From: Octopus vulgaris
Lineage: Eukaryota
NCBI GenBank assembly: GCA_951406725.2
Contig: OX597818.1
Span: 68,820,001 to 68,884,000 of the forward strand
Direction: 5' to 3'
DNA: 64,000 nt
Made by a program: the position numbers and the translations under genes
Shown here: one piece after another, positions 39,571 through 52,915 of the stretch
How the letters are laid out: every line of letters starts with the position of its first letter
Numbering within the stretch: position 1 is the first letter of the stretch
The notes under the pieces: generated by a model
What the model was told of the DNA's origin: nothing
The model's database searches: none
What the model saw: the letters and a program-made list of their open reading frames with translations, nothing else

Positions 39571-39923
39571 CCACTTTTTCCTTGCATGCAGGTGTCAAAT
39601 GGCATCCATTGAGGCAGGCTTCCTATGGCTGGATGCTCTTTCTGTCACCAATCCTTAACCTGTTTGCAGGCAACATAACTTCAAATATGAACAACATAAT
39701 GGCTGGATATGTCTTCATGGGAGATTGCAAGCAAATGACAAAACAGCAAAGACACACACACACACACACACACACACACATTCCATGAAACACCTGAAAC
39801 ACCTTTCTGTTCTGTCAGGGTGGTTAACCAGAGGCTGTGCAAAAAAAAAAAACAGAGCAGCTAGAAGTATAATGTCAAAAATCTTTGATGAAGCAGAAAC
39901 ATTATAAAGAGATGAAGTACACA

Positions 39924-40566
39924 AGGTAGCGAGCTGGCAGAACCATCAGCACACCGGGTGAAATGCCAAGTGGTATTTTGTCTGCGAGTTGGCAGAATCA
40001 TTATCACGCCGAACTAAATGCTTAGCGGTATTTTCGTCTGCCGTTATGTTGTGAGTTCAAATTCCGCCGAGGTCGACTTTGTCTTTCATCCTTTCGGGGT
40101 CGATAAATTAAGTACCAGTTACGTACTGGGGTCGATGTAATCGACTTAATACCTATGTCTGTCCTTGTTTGTCCCCTCTGTGTTTAGCCCCTTGTGGGTA
40201 GTAAAGAAATAGGTATTTCGTCTGCCGCTAAGTTCTAAGTTCAAATTCCACCAAGGTCGACTTTGCTTTTCATCCTTTTGGGATCAATTAAATAAGTACC
40301 AGTTATGCACTGGGGTCGATATAATCGACTTAATCCTTTTGTCTGTCCTTGTTTGTCCTCTCTATGTTTAGCCCCTTGTGGGTAGTAAAGAAATAGGTAT
40401 TTTGTCTGCCGCTACATTCTGAGTTCCAATTCCGCCAAGGTTGACTTTGCCCTTCATCCTTTCAGGGTCAATAAATTAAGTATCAGTTGAATACTGGGGG
40501 TCAACATAATCGATCTACTGCCTTCCTTAAAATTTCAGGCCTTGTGCCTGTAACAAAAAGGATTAT
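39924..40566 (+). mobile_element. Nested family B SINEs (three levels)
   Basis: Outer TSD-like ATTATAAA(A)GAGATGAAG(T/G)ACACAA; inner 14-bp duplication GGTATTTTGTCTGC at 39972-39985 and 40396-40409. Confidence 0.8.
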
Positions 40567-41269
40567 AAAAGAGATGAAGGACACAAAAGTTTAGAAGGGC
40601 ATGTGTTTTGATACTGTCTCCTTAGAGTTCTTACATCTTTAAAAAATCACACCAAGCTTCAAATGATATCAACGTATTATCAAACACTAGGGTCCTGGTG
40701 TAATTTCACCTCTGCAGTAACAGTCACCCTCTGGCCAGAAAATTCTGCTCTTATTCAGAAATCAGCCGACAAAATCCTTGCTGACGGGTGCAGAAGCTTC
40801 CCCGTCCATAGTTGAATGAAGGGAGGCACATGAAACAATAAAAGCTCAATCCTCACATTTATAGCATCCAGAAGGAACACACACCCCTCTTTCCCCTCTG
40901 TACATACTTATACCACGCCCACAGTTCTCTGAGTGCAGCAGGCTTTCTCTCTCCCTTTCTCTCTCTCTCTCTTTCTTTCTTCCTCTCTCTCCGACTATCT
41001 CTCTCTTCTCTCGCTCTCTTTTCTCTCTCTCTCTCTTTGTCTATCTCTATCTCCCTCTCTCTCTCTTTCTCTCTCCCTCTCTCTCAGACTATCTCTCTCA
41101 CTTGTCTCTAACACTCTCCTTCCTTGCCCTACTGAGGCAGCCAAAAACCTCCTCGATAATAACAGGAGCTACCTCTGCCCCTCTATCATATTCTCATCTG
41201 TTGGTTCCACTTCCTCTCTCGGTCAGCTGGAAAGTCCTTGTATTGTGAGCTCACAGGTGCTGCTGTCAC

Positions 41270-41565
41270 ATAAATGGCACCCATGCTGGTGCCATGTATA
41301 AAGCACCTGTGCTGGTGGCACACAAATTGCATTTGTGCTGGTGGCACGTAAAAAGCACTGATGCTGGTACCCCATAACAAAGTACCCAGTACATTCTGTA
41401 AAGCAGTTGGCATTAGGAAGGGCATCCAGCCATCGAAACACTGCCAAAGCAGACAATTGGAGCCTGGTGCAGCTCTCCGGCCTCGCCAGCCCCTGTCAAA
41501 CTGTGCAACTCATGCCAACACGGAAGTCTGGTATTAAATGATCATTATGATGATGATGATGATAA
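41270..41565 (+). mobile_element. RTE LINE 3' UTR fragment (decayed)
   Basis: GTGCTGGTGGCACGTAAAAAGCAC repeats, GGAAGGGCATCCAGC, (GAT)n tail. Confidence 0.7.
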
Positions 41566-42324
41566 TAGTGACTGCACAAATGTGAAACATCACATGCTGT
41601 GGGATTTAGTGTTAGAGAACAACTTCTTAGAGATTAACACTTTTGCAAACACCGTTCCAAGATTATGCAAACAGGAACAAGATGCAAATAGCTGTGTGCA
41701 CTTTGTTATTTAGATCTGTACTGCTTCGAGTGTCTGTAACAAGAATTTATTCTCACTTAAGCATAGAAACAAAAACATTTCCACAAACCCCATTGAATAT
41801 TTCTACTTAATGTGTCAACAAAGTCTAAGTTACATCTGAAAAACATCAACAAATTTTGTGCCTGAAATGACACAATGGGAAAAGGCAAGGCGTCGTATCA
41901 AAGCTGAATCAAAGGACAATAAATAAAACAATAAAATAAGTGATTAATAAGAAAGTTTTTTTTATTACAAAACCAAGATGAAAAGTAAAAAATAATAACT
42001 CAAGGAATTATATAAAGATCCTTTTGTTTTTAAGTTTCTTTTCTTGTTTTTTAGGTTTAGTTTTGTCCAGTTCTTTATTTTGTGAGTCTGAAAATTTGGT
42101 TAGTTAGAATATTTATTGGAGGGGAGGGGAAGAAATAAAAAATAATAAGGCAATAACTTCTGTTTTAGCACCACGTTCAGCTTTTGTTTCCTTATCATAG
42201 TTTGTTTTTTGGTCACTAAAAAAAACCCAATTATTATTATTATTGAAATAATTATTATTATTATTTTGCTTTGTACATCTCATCTATGTCTTTTGAGAAT
42301 GGAAAGAACTTGTTTTTTCTCATA

Positions 42325-42364
42325 TTAATTATTATTATTATTATTATTATCATTGTTATTGTTA

Positions 42365-42399
<35 letters not shown>

Positions 42400-42406
42400 T
42401 TTATTA

Positions 42407-42453
<47 letters not shown>

Positions 42454-42457
42454 GCTC

Positions 42458-42515
<58 letters not shown>
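42325..42515. repeat. (ATT)n microsatellite
   Basis: Direct inspection. Confidence 0.9.
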
Positions 42516-43330
42516 CAATTATTCGGTTTCCTTTCCTTCTTCTTTCCTTTTGCGGTGATTTATTATGACAGAGACTTGCGTTTGATTTTCTTGACTTTCC
42601 TTAAAATATAAAAGAACAACACATCTTTAATGTACAGAAATAGATATAGATTTAGATATACATACACACACACACACATATATATACATATATATATTTA
42701 TATATGTATGTATGTATATATCTATATCTATATATATATATGTATATATAAATATATAAATATCTATACGAACATATATATATATATATAACATACATTC
42801 ATATATATGTATTTACGCACATATAATCTATCTGCGTGTATAGATGTGTGTGTGTGTGCGTTGCATTATATATGACTAACTTTGCTCTATCCTTTGTGTG
42901 TGTATTTGTGTGTGTCTGTTTGTGTGTGTCTGTGTGTGTGTCTGCGTGTGTCTGTGTGTTCCATTTATTTTATCTTATCTTCACCTACTAATCAACCATT
43001 TTTAAATTAGCTCCAATTCTAGACATTTCTAGTTTGATATCACACTTACAACTCACAACAATTGTCACTATAGAAAACAAGCTTAGGGTGGCATTTGTCT
43101 GCTTAAAAAATATATAAATCATTAAAATACACTAGCAAAACGCTATATATATATTGAGAGAGAGAGAGAAAGAGATAGTTAGATAGAGATAGATAGATAG
43201 AGATGGATAGATAGATAGATAGATGGATAGATAGATAGATAGGCAGACAGACAGATCGATAGATGGATAGAGAGACAGACAGATAGATAGACAGATAGAT
43301 AGATAGAAATAGATAGATAGATAGACAGAC

Positions 43331-43376
<46 letters not shown>

Positions 43377-43418
43377 ATAGATAGATGGATAGAGATAGAC
43401 AAAGAGAGATGGAGAGAG

Positions 43419-43465
<47 letters not shown>

Positions 43466-43917
43466 ATACATATATGCAACTTTATATAAACACAGGCACT
43501 TAAATAAGCATACAGACACACACATATCTTTTCCGATCTCTTCAGAAGTTATTTCTCTGCATCTTTAAAGTGTAATAACTACCGATTGCTTCCAACTTAT
43601 TTGCCAGTAAATATGGCGGCCTTGCTGCGTCTTCTGCTCTCTTTCTCTTCTCTCAAGAAAACCAGAAAAATGTTGATGTTTCGCATTTTACTTCAATTTT
43701 GCTGTATATTTTTCTGTATTTTTTGTCAGTATTTATAATTTCTTACACATTTTTTTCTGTATTTTTTTTCACAGAATTATTTGCTGTTTTTAAGTCTTGT
43801 TTTTTTATAATTTGGTCTTTATTGTTTATCAAAGAACATTTTCATAATGGCATTTTTATTGTTTTTTTTACTGCAAATTAATTCTATATTTTGATACTCT
43901 TTATATATTTCATTTAT

Positions 43918-43920
43918 TTA

Positions 43921-43980
<60 letters not shown>

Positions 43981-44001
43981 CATTATTATTATTATTATTA
44001 T

Positions 44002-44053
<52 letters not shown>

Positions 44054-44066
44054 GTTGTTATTATTT
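43918..44066. repeat. (ATT)n microsatellite
   Basis: Direct inspection. Confidence 0.9.
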
Positions 44067-44289
44067 TCATTCAAATTCATTTCTCATGTTATTTATTGGT
44101 CGGCTAATTACTAACTTTATTGTCTTTCTCATTGCCACAGTTGTGTTGATGTGGTGGCGGAGTGTGTGTGTGTGTGTGTGGAGGGTGCTGTAGAAGGCAG
44201 GGTCTTGATATTTTTGACAGAAATCTTGCTTTCATCTTCCTTGCAAGAGGTAAATCATAATCACATATATGCATATATATGCCCATGTA

Positions 44290-44328
<39 letters not shown>

Positions 44329-44417
44329 CTACACGCACAGTTGTAGTCATATACATATATATGTGTGTGTGTGTAAATGTATGTTAATATGCTTGTATAT
44401 ATGTACATACAGATACA

Positions 44418-44464
<47 letters not shown>

Positions 44465-45974
44465 ACACACACACTCACACACATATTATGTACATATATA
44501 GACATTCATGCGTATACATACACTACCAATTATTGCTGACTGTGCATCATCAATTAATAATCAATCAAAATATAATTCCACAGGATGAGGGGGGAAGGGG
44601 TTGAGATGAGGGTGGATGGGTAAGGACGGAGTGGTTAAGAAAGATGAAAGAAAATAGATCAGAAAACAACTGCAGAAGAAAATATTTACTTCATGCAACA
44701 TTATTATGATGACTTCAAACAAAATTCTGTGTATTGCGCGTTTGATTAAAATAAAATATTTATATTTATTATTCATTTCCCGCTGCATGTGTTTCTATTC
44801 AAGCTTAAATTAATTTAGATTTAAGAGTTGTCTCCCATGTCTTGCCAGTAATTATCATTAGCGTTTTTTTTACCTTCTTACTAACAGATGTAGTTTTAAT
44901 TGATTAGGTATGTCTCCCAGGTTAACTATATTAAAAATGTTGGCCATTCACTTCACTATGTGATGTTGTAACCATAGAAACTGGATGTTGCTTTTTTTCA
45001 TAAAACTATAAATAATGTTCAGACTTCATATAAAATGGTAATTGAAGTAGAGAAAATACAACTTCTTATTAACCTGATTGAATCCAACCTGATCAATGAC
45101 CTGTTGGGAAATCAATTTAAGTACAAGGTAGATATGTAGCTGCCAAAAACAAAATAAGTTTTGCCAAGATTCTAAATATCCCCAGAAATAATTCATTATT
45201 GATGTCCTTGACTAACTAAGAATTTTAAAAAAATAAACATTGAAATCTCAATCTAATTAAATTTCTTGTTTTTTTTAGGGTAAAATAATAGAATCATTAG
45301 CATCATGGGTGAAATGTTTAGATACAATTCATCGGTTTTTATGTCCTGGGTTCAAATTCAGCTGAGGTCATCTTTGCCATTTTTCCTTTTAGGGTCCATA
45401 AAATAAGTACCAGTTATGCACTGGGATCGATGTAGTTGACAAACCTCCTCTCCCACGAAATTACTGACCTTGTACCAAACTTTCAAACCAATAATTAGTG
45501 AATAGGACAAGCTTTTAGGAGAGGCTGATAGATTTAATTTATGTGAAGTGTTGTGGAGTGATTTAGAATCCAACATTTTGAGTCCTCACCATTCGTCTGG
45601 GTGTGAGAAAGACAGAGACAGATGTGCTGTAGCTTGGGCAGTAGACAAGCAAATAGGAAAGAAACGAAGCTGAAACAATTGTTTGAGAGGAAATTGGAGA
45701 GGGAAGCTGAAGGGGGTGGTTGTGGTGTGATAGAATGAGAAGTTTCTGGTGGAAGGTGAGGCAAAAGAGAAAGAAAGAAACCAAGAAATGGAGAGAAGGA
45801 AAGAGGAAATGTCTTTGAAAATGGTAAAATGAGAAAAGGAGAAAAAGAAAGGAGGCAGACTCTGTTAATTTCAAATGGTAATTCTCCAGAATTTGTAAAA
45901 CTGTTACTTAAAAACGTGTTACTGTACTTTTAACTAAATAAGGGATGACCGTAACACTCTTGGATGAGATCGGT

Positions 45975-46270
45975 ACGGGTGTGACTGTGTGGTAAGAAGC
46001 ATGCTTCCCTCCCACATGGTTCTGGGATCAGTCCCACTGCATGGCACCTTTGGTAAGTATCTTCTACAATAGCCTCAGGTGTAGGTTTGGTAGATGGAAA
46101 CTGAAAGAAGCCCGTCAAATGTGTGTGTGTATCTTTGAGACTGTGTTTTTTTCCCCAACACTGCTTGACAACCGGTGTTGGTGTGTTTACATCCTCATAA
46201 CTTAGCAGGTCAACAAAAGAAACCAATACAACAAATACCAGGTTAGAAAAAAATGTACTGGGTTTGATTC
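45975..46270 (+). mobile_element. Family A SINE (decayed)
   Basis: GTGACTGTGTGGTAAGAAGC..GGAAACTGAAAGAAGCCCGTC..GACAACCGGTGTTGGTGTGTTTAC. Confidence 0.75.
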
Positions 46271-46418
46271 AAATAAAAGGTATGGTATATCATGGTGGAT
46301 GGGGAAGAAGACAGAGATCTCATTTTACTACTATTACTACTGCTGCTGCTGCTGCTACTACTACTACTACTACTACTATGATTATTATTATCATTATTAT
46401 TATTATTATTATTATTAT

Positions 46419-46952
46419 TGAGTGAGAGAGCAGTGCATGCCATCAAAATATACAAAGCCTAGTATACCCATTATGACTACCCATTTAATAAGGGTATACC
46501 AGGCACATGCATCTCAACCATATGTGCGTATCATGGTGATCTTATATCAAGATAAACAGCGCATGACCTTGCAGGTGGGGCTCAGTTAGAATTTTGTTCT
46601 GGTTGAGTAGCCCATCCCACTCAAAAGGTCCTTGAATAAGGGTTGTTTCAGGATGATGAACGAAACACCCATGTTTCCAGAAGTGAATTATTCAAACCCC
46701 AAAGAATTCCTCTCAGCACATGGCTATGATGATCCCCCAATACTTTTGCTCGTGATCAGAGATGCACATATTGTCAGCCATTAAGGGACATGCTCAACGG
46801 GTTAAGGTCAAACAACTGACAAGCAAATCTGTGGTATTGAGCAGAATATTTGCTGTAGCCCATCTTTTATACCAAGATAAAACAATGTACATGATAACAC
46901 TTCCAATCAGTTGAGATCAGAAGACACGAGAGCCACTGCCTGGTACTGCATC
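46419..46952 (-). mobile_element. Probable non-LTR retroelement 3' end or SINE with (TAA)n tail
   Basis: ~530-bp complex block ending (minus strand) GCATGCACTGCTCTCTCACTC-(AAT)n, bounded by microsatellites; single copy here, family not determinable. Confidence 0.4.
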
Positions 46953-47001
46953 TCGCAATTATTGTCGTCGTCGTCATCAGCAGCAGCAGTAGCAGTAGTA
47001 T

Positions 47002-47052
<51 letters not shown>

Positions 47053-50000
47053 AAGCAGCATCACAAAAGTTTTTTTGGTTTTATGTTTGCAGGTTTAAAG
47101 ACATGGTTTCTTTTGCGTTGCTTGATGCATTTTCCTCACAGGCCAATCCTAAAGGAAAAGACATATTTTTGAAAGTATTCCAGCCATGGCCATCCTGTCT
47201 TTTTATTGTGATCAATTGTATTTCGGTGCATAGCCAATTGGTTAAGACATCAGCTTTGCAACGATGAGGTCATGGGTTCAATCCCACTACATGGCATCTT
47301 GAGCAAATACTATTTTCTAAAACCTCAGTTTGCCTCATACCTGTGAAGTGAAACTGGGAAGACAAAATCTGTTTTGCAAGCCTGTCTGGTAGTTTCTACC
47401 TGTAATTCAGAAAGTATATCTGTGTCACACATTGAGTCAGGCTTATTTTACCTGTGAATTAATTTAAGGTTACATGTCGTGACGTGTATTTTATGAATTG
47501 GCACCTCATGTTTTTTTGTATCGGTCGACTTCATGTTTGATAGCATTGGCAAATTTCAAAGAACGACATATTGTAAAAGAGCCAAGATTGTCAACGACTG
47601 GGGAGTCAAGGTTTGGACATCTAGACACAAACAACTAGTCAAAGAAAAGAAAGACAAAATGAAGATGCTGTGATTGTTATGGACCATTCAGTCGAGGTTC
47701 AGACGTTGAGGCGAGAACAACTAATTGAAGAGTGGAAACATCTAAAAGAAAGAAGAAGAAGAATATAAGTTTCTGTGTTTTTTATGAAATTGTTTTGTCA
47801 TTGAATTGTTTCCGAGTGTTCTTTTCAGTTTTCTTTTTGAGGCAACAATCGGCCAGTTTCCACATTACACATGGCAGTGGAATACTCAACCACATTAAAA
47901 TCAATGAAGAGACAATGTGGTTGAATGTAAAAAACAGTTTGCTGTCAAACAATGGAGATCTTCCATCATCATCATCATCATCATTATCCTCATCATCATC
48001 ATCATTATCATCATCATCATTATCATTAGTACATGTAGGAACATATGACCCAGGTTGTCCTTCCTTGATTTTTTGATACAGTAATGGGTGGGAATCAATG
48101 GAAATAAAGTTGCTAATGTTAGCAGGCCAAACAGAAGCAAAGAAGCCCTCCCCCCATATTACATATAGTAAATGGTGATGGTGCCACAGAAAAGGCACTG
48201 GTGATGGTGTCACGTAAAAAGAACCTGTGCCACTTAAGAAGGCCCCCATTAAGAAAGTGGGGGGCGTCCTGCCATAGAAACCATACCATGACAGATAATA
48301 GAGACTGGTGTCCCCACCACACACACACACTCCTGCCTTACCAACTCATGCCAGAAGGGAAAACAGATGCTAAATGATGATGATGATGGTGGTGGTGGTG
48401 GTGTGGTGGTGGATGGTGGTGGTGATGATAATGACGATGACGATGATGAGGATGATGATGGCAGCAGTGATCATGATGATGACGACGATGATGATGATGA
48501 TGATGACGACGACATTGATGATGATGATGACGATGATGAAACAAAACCTGTTAAATTCATTTTCGTTTCCATTTATTCCTTAACACAAATTGTCTTTGAT
48601 GAAATGCTGAAATGTCTCATCCACACATCTATGACATAACCAGTGACACAGTTTGCAATACAGCCAAGCATGACTTATCCAGGATGCAGTTGTTTTCTGT
48701 TTTTTTCTTTTTTTTTACATTACAAATGCATAGAAATTGAATAAATTACCTTAATGCATTTTGCTTTTTATTTCTGCTCTTTGCATTTGTTTTTATTTCT
48801 GTGAGGATGTGTGTATGGCTTGTTCTAACGAAAATATTTTTTTGTCTAACTTTTGCAGATTTAAAACGTGTTTCCAAAATAACAGGTCATTGATGTTAGA
48901 TTTTAATATTTCCATTTTTCCACTCAAACAATGTTTGAATCTATATAAATCTTGACTCATTTTCATAGAATCTATATCTCTTGGAACAATGAATCTGACC
49001 AAATCAAACTGAAGGATTATTGTCTGGAATTTGTCTGCTGTTGTCTGGCTCTAATGGGATAAAGCTGTATTTATATTTATTGATTCAGAGCAGTAACAAC
49101 AGCGAAGGAAATAAAGATTTCCTTGTTAAACAGCCACAAAGAGAATGGAGGTGGTTTTGTTTTTTTTTGGTTTTTTTATGGAACAGGAAATGGTAAAGTG
49201 TGATGATTTTGAATTTACCAAAAGACATTAGTTCTGAAAGTGATGAGAAAATTGTTTCCAGCCAACACAAACAGTAATTTGGTTTCTACAATGAGAAAAA
49301 CCACTGGCAACCATAATCTAGACAAAGATAAAAACAAAAAAAAAATGGTATGGAATTTTAGCAGAGGTGTGTGTTTGTGTGGCAGCAGCAGCAGTAGCAG
49401 CAGCAGCAGCAGTAGCAGCAGTAGCAGTAGTAGTAGTAGTAGTAGTTGATTTTCTTGTGCCTTTTGGTGTTTTGTTGTTGTTGGTGGTGTAGGTCCTGGT
49501 TAGTTTTGATGAAGCAAGAACTATTATCAAAGTCTTCCAGCCGTGACCATTCCATCTGAATTCCTTTATGAAATATATCCATAACTATATTGTCCAATGT
49601 ATCCTTCCTTTTATAAGACTGTGAGCAAAGTTTTGAAAGAAAATCTGGCTGCTATTTTTAGCCGATCATGAGACCACATTGAGGATCTCTCGTTGACAAA
49701 TAGAGCAGCAGCAGCAGTGACAGTGGTAGTGGTGGTAATAGAACGTATGTAGACTCCTCCTCCACTTCCTTCTCCTTATCATCATCATCATCATCATCAT
49801 CACCATTTAACGTCCATTTTCAATGCTGGCCTGAGTCCGATAGTCTGACAGGAGTGGCAAGGCCAGAGGGCTGCACCCGGCTCCAGTTGTCTGTTAGGCC
49901 AACCCCTTTACCAAGTGTACTGGGTAGTTTTTATGTCACACCAGCCCAGATGCCTCATGTGTGGCACCAGCAGGATTGCCAAGTGAATCGCAAGACAAAG

Positions 50001-50334
50001 ACCTCTTATTTGTGAGGGGAAGTGGAACAGAAAGGAGTGGCTGGGTCCCAGGTAAAGGGTCAAACTATGGCAGAGGCACAGAGACAGTTGTCTTGCTGTC
50101 GATTATAAGGTTTTCTGATTCTGGCTCAAGGTCTGCAGTTAGATCAGGATTAGTTAAAATCCTGCGACTAAGTCCAAGAACTGAACATACAATGTAACCA
50201 TTCTGAGGCCGAATTCCTTACAACTTGGAGTTATGTCCTTTCACAATGTGAGAAGAGAGAACCTCTGTGAGGCAGAGGCTGGCACAAAGTGATGAAAGAC
50301 TGTTTATGTCAATTGGGTAACATCAATTGGTTAT

Positions 50335-50785
50335 AAGGTGGTGAGCGGCTAGAATGGTCAGCACGTTGGGTGAAATGCTTAGCGGTATTCCGTCTGTCTT
50401 TACCCTCTGAGTTCAAATTCTGCCAAAGTCAATTTTTGTTTCATTTTTTTGAGGTTGATAAATTAACTACCAGTTGTGTACTGGGGTCAATCTAATCAAC
50501 TGGCCCCCACCCCCAAAAAATTTGGGCCTTGTGCCAAAAGTAGAAAAGAATATCAATGGGTTAGAAGGTGGTGAGCAGCTAGAATGGTCAGCACGCTGGG
50601 AGAAACGCTCAGCCACATTTTATCCCTCTTCAAATTCTGGGTTCAAATTCCACTGAGGTCAGCTTTGCCTTTCATCCTTTCGGGGTCAATAAAATAAGTA
50701 CCAGTTATGCACTGGGGATCAATGTAATCTACTTACCTTCTTCCACAAATTTGCTGGCCTTGTGCCAAAATTCAAAATCGTTATT
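50335..50785 (+). mobile_element. Two tandem family B SINEs
   Basis: AAGGTGGTGAGC..AGAATGGTCAGCACG heads at ~50335 and ~50565, each with a Meta-type core. Confidence 0.8.
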
Positions 50786-51084
50786 GATTATATCTTATCG
50801 TTTATATTTATTTTGTTTCAGTCATAAGATTCTGGCCATGCTGGGGCACTTGAAGAAATTTTTGTTGAATGAATCAACCTCAGTACTTTATTTAAAAAAT
50901 TTTTTTAAGCATGGTACTTATCATATCGGTCTCTTTTGCTGAACCACTAAGTCATGGGGGACATACATTAATACAGGTTATCAAGCTGTGGGTGGGGGGA
51001 GCCAACAGACACAATGATACACACAGATGCACACACATAGATGTATATATGTGTGTATACATATTTTATACACACATATATGCA

Positions 51085-51645
51085 TATTCTTTTATCTATT
51101 TCAGTCATTTGACTGTGGTCATGCTGGAGCACTGCCTTTAGTCGAACAAATCGACCCCAGGATTTATTCTATTGGACACTTTTGCCAAACCGCTAAGTTA
51201 CAGGGACGTAAACACACCAATGTCAGTTGACAAGTGATGGTAGGGGGACAAACACACACACACAAGCATATGCACATACACATATGCATAATCATCATCA
51301 TCATCATCATTCAACATCTGCTTTCCATGCTGGCATGGGTTGGACGGTTTGACTGAGGTCTGGAGAGCCAGCGGCTGCACCAGGTTCAAGTTTGATTTGG
51401 CTAAGTTTCTACAGCTGGATGCCCTTCCTAATGCCAACCACTCTGAGAGTGTAGTGGGTGCTTTTTGCATTCCACCAGCACAGGAGCCATGCTTCTTTCA
51501 GTTTCCATCTACCAAATCCACTCATAAGGCTTTGGTCGGCCCAAGGCTATAGTAGAAGACACTTGCCCAAGGTGCCACACAGTGGAACTGAACCCAGAAC
51601 GATGTGGCTGGTAAACAAGCTACTTACCACACAGCCACTCCTGTG
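51085..51645 (-). mobile_element. Family A SINE interrupted by an RTE 3'-end fragment (51291-51490)
   Basis: SINE tail at 51085-51260 and head at 51491-51645; (CAT)n-led RTE end between them. Confidence 0.8.
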
Positions 51646-52180
51646 TCTATATATACCCATGCTAGCCTGGAAAACGATCGTTAAACGATGATGATGATGA
51701 TGATGATGATTTATCTATATACAATAGGCTTCTTTCAGTTTCCATTTACCAAATCTACTCACAAGGCATTGATTGGCCCCAGGCTAGAGTTGAAGGCACT
51801 TCCCCAAGGTGTCATATCGTGGAACTGAACCAGGAAAACCATGTGGTTTGGAAGCAAGCTTCTTACCACTCAGCCACACCAACAAGACTTAAAGGGATCC
51901 CTAATCACTCTTGGACAAACAGTTTAACTCGTCAACCGCTAGATTTTAATATCTTCATTGAACAGTTTTAAATGTTTCAATGCCAGGAGAATATTTATAA
52001 TTACTAGTATTATACCAAGTCTGTTTAGTAGCTTCAGGTTAATACAATCAGCTGCTGGCATATCACCCTCCTCATAACAACAACATCATAAACAACAACA
52101 ACAACAACAACAGATCAGACAGTTTACTTCGGGGTAAGATTCAGAATAATTCTTTATACTAAATTCTCACTGTCACTCAC

Positions 52181-52314
52181 CAGTTTCATAAATCTTCCAA
52201 GATTATCAAATCATTCCTGTTAACGGTGCCTTCAATTGTATTCTATTAAAGTGATTTTGGAAAACCATGCAAATTTTAAAGATCATCACAGCTCTTCCAG
52301 TTTGTTCGTTCTAT
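52181..52314 (-). other. Candidate non-coding or 5'-UTR exon (134 nt)
   Basis: Minus-strand acceptor GTGTTTTATTTAG|ATAG and consensus donor CTG|GTGAGT; stops in all three frames. Confidence 0.35.
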
Positions 52315-52862
52315 CTAAATAAAACACCTCAATTAGCAGCTGATGCTGTAGAAATGCCACCTCAGGTGCTGTATTACTATAACATGATGAATATATGATA
52401 AATATTAAATAATCTTCAATAACCTCAAGCAGATAATGGCTTTCTGTAATCTAGACTTGCAAATTATAGACTTGCCTTCTATCTTTTGATCAACGAGTTT
52501 CAGACAGCTTTGCAAAGTTATTGGTGTGCGTGGCAACATATATGTGTGTGTGCGTGTGTGTGTACGTGTGTATGTGCATGTGTGTGTGTACACATTTACA
52601 TACATATATTATATATATGTGTATGTACATAGGTGTGTGTGTGTGTGTATATATTTATACACATACACACATACACACATATACACAGACACACATATAT
52701 GTGTGCTTCTATGTATATATATATACATATGTGTGTGTATATATATATATATATGTATACATATATGTATATATCTATGTATATGTATACATACATATAT
52801 ATATGTATATATATATATACATATATACACACACATATATATGTATGTATATATATACGCAC

Positions 52863-52915
<53 letters not shown>

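Noticed and set aside
47887-47924. 11-bp inverted repeat TCAACCACATT/AATGTGGTTGA
   Set aside because: Isolated, with no extension or context; compatible with chance.
49621-49640. miR-87-like GTGAGCAAAGTTT
   Set aside because: Only the 5' 13 nt match and no precursor hairpin is visible.
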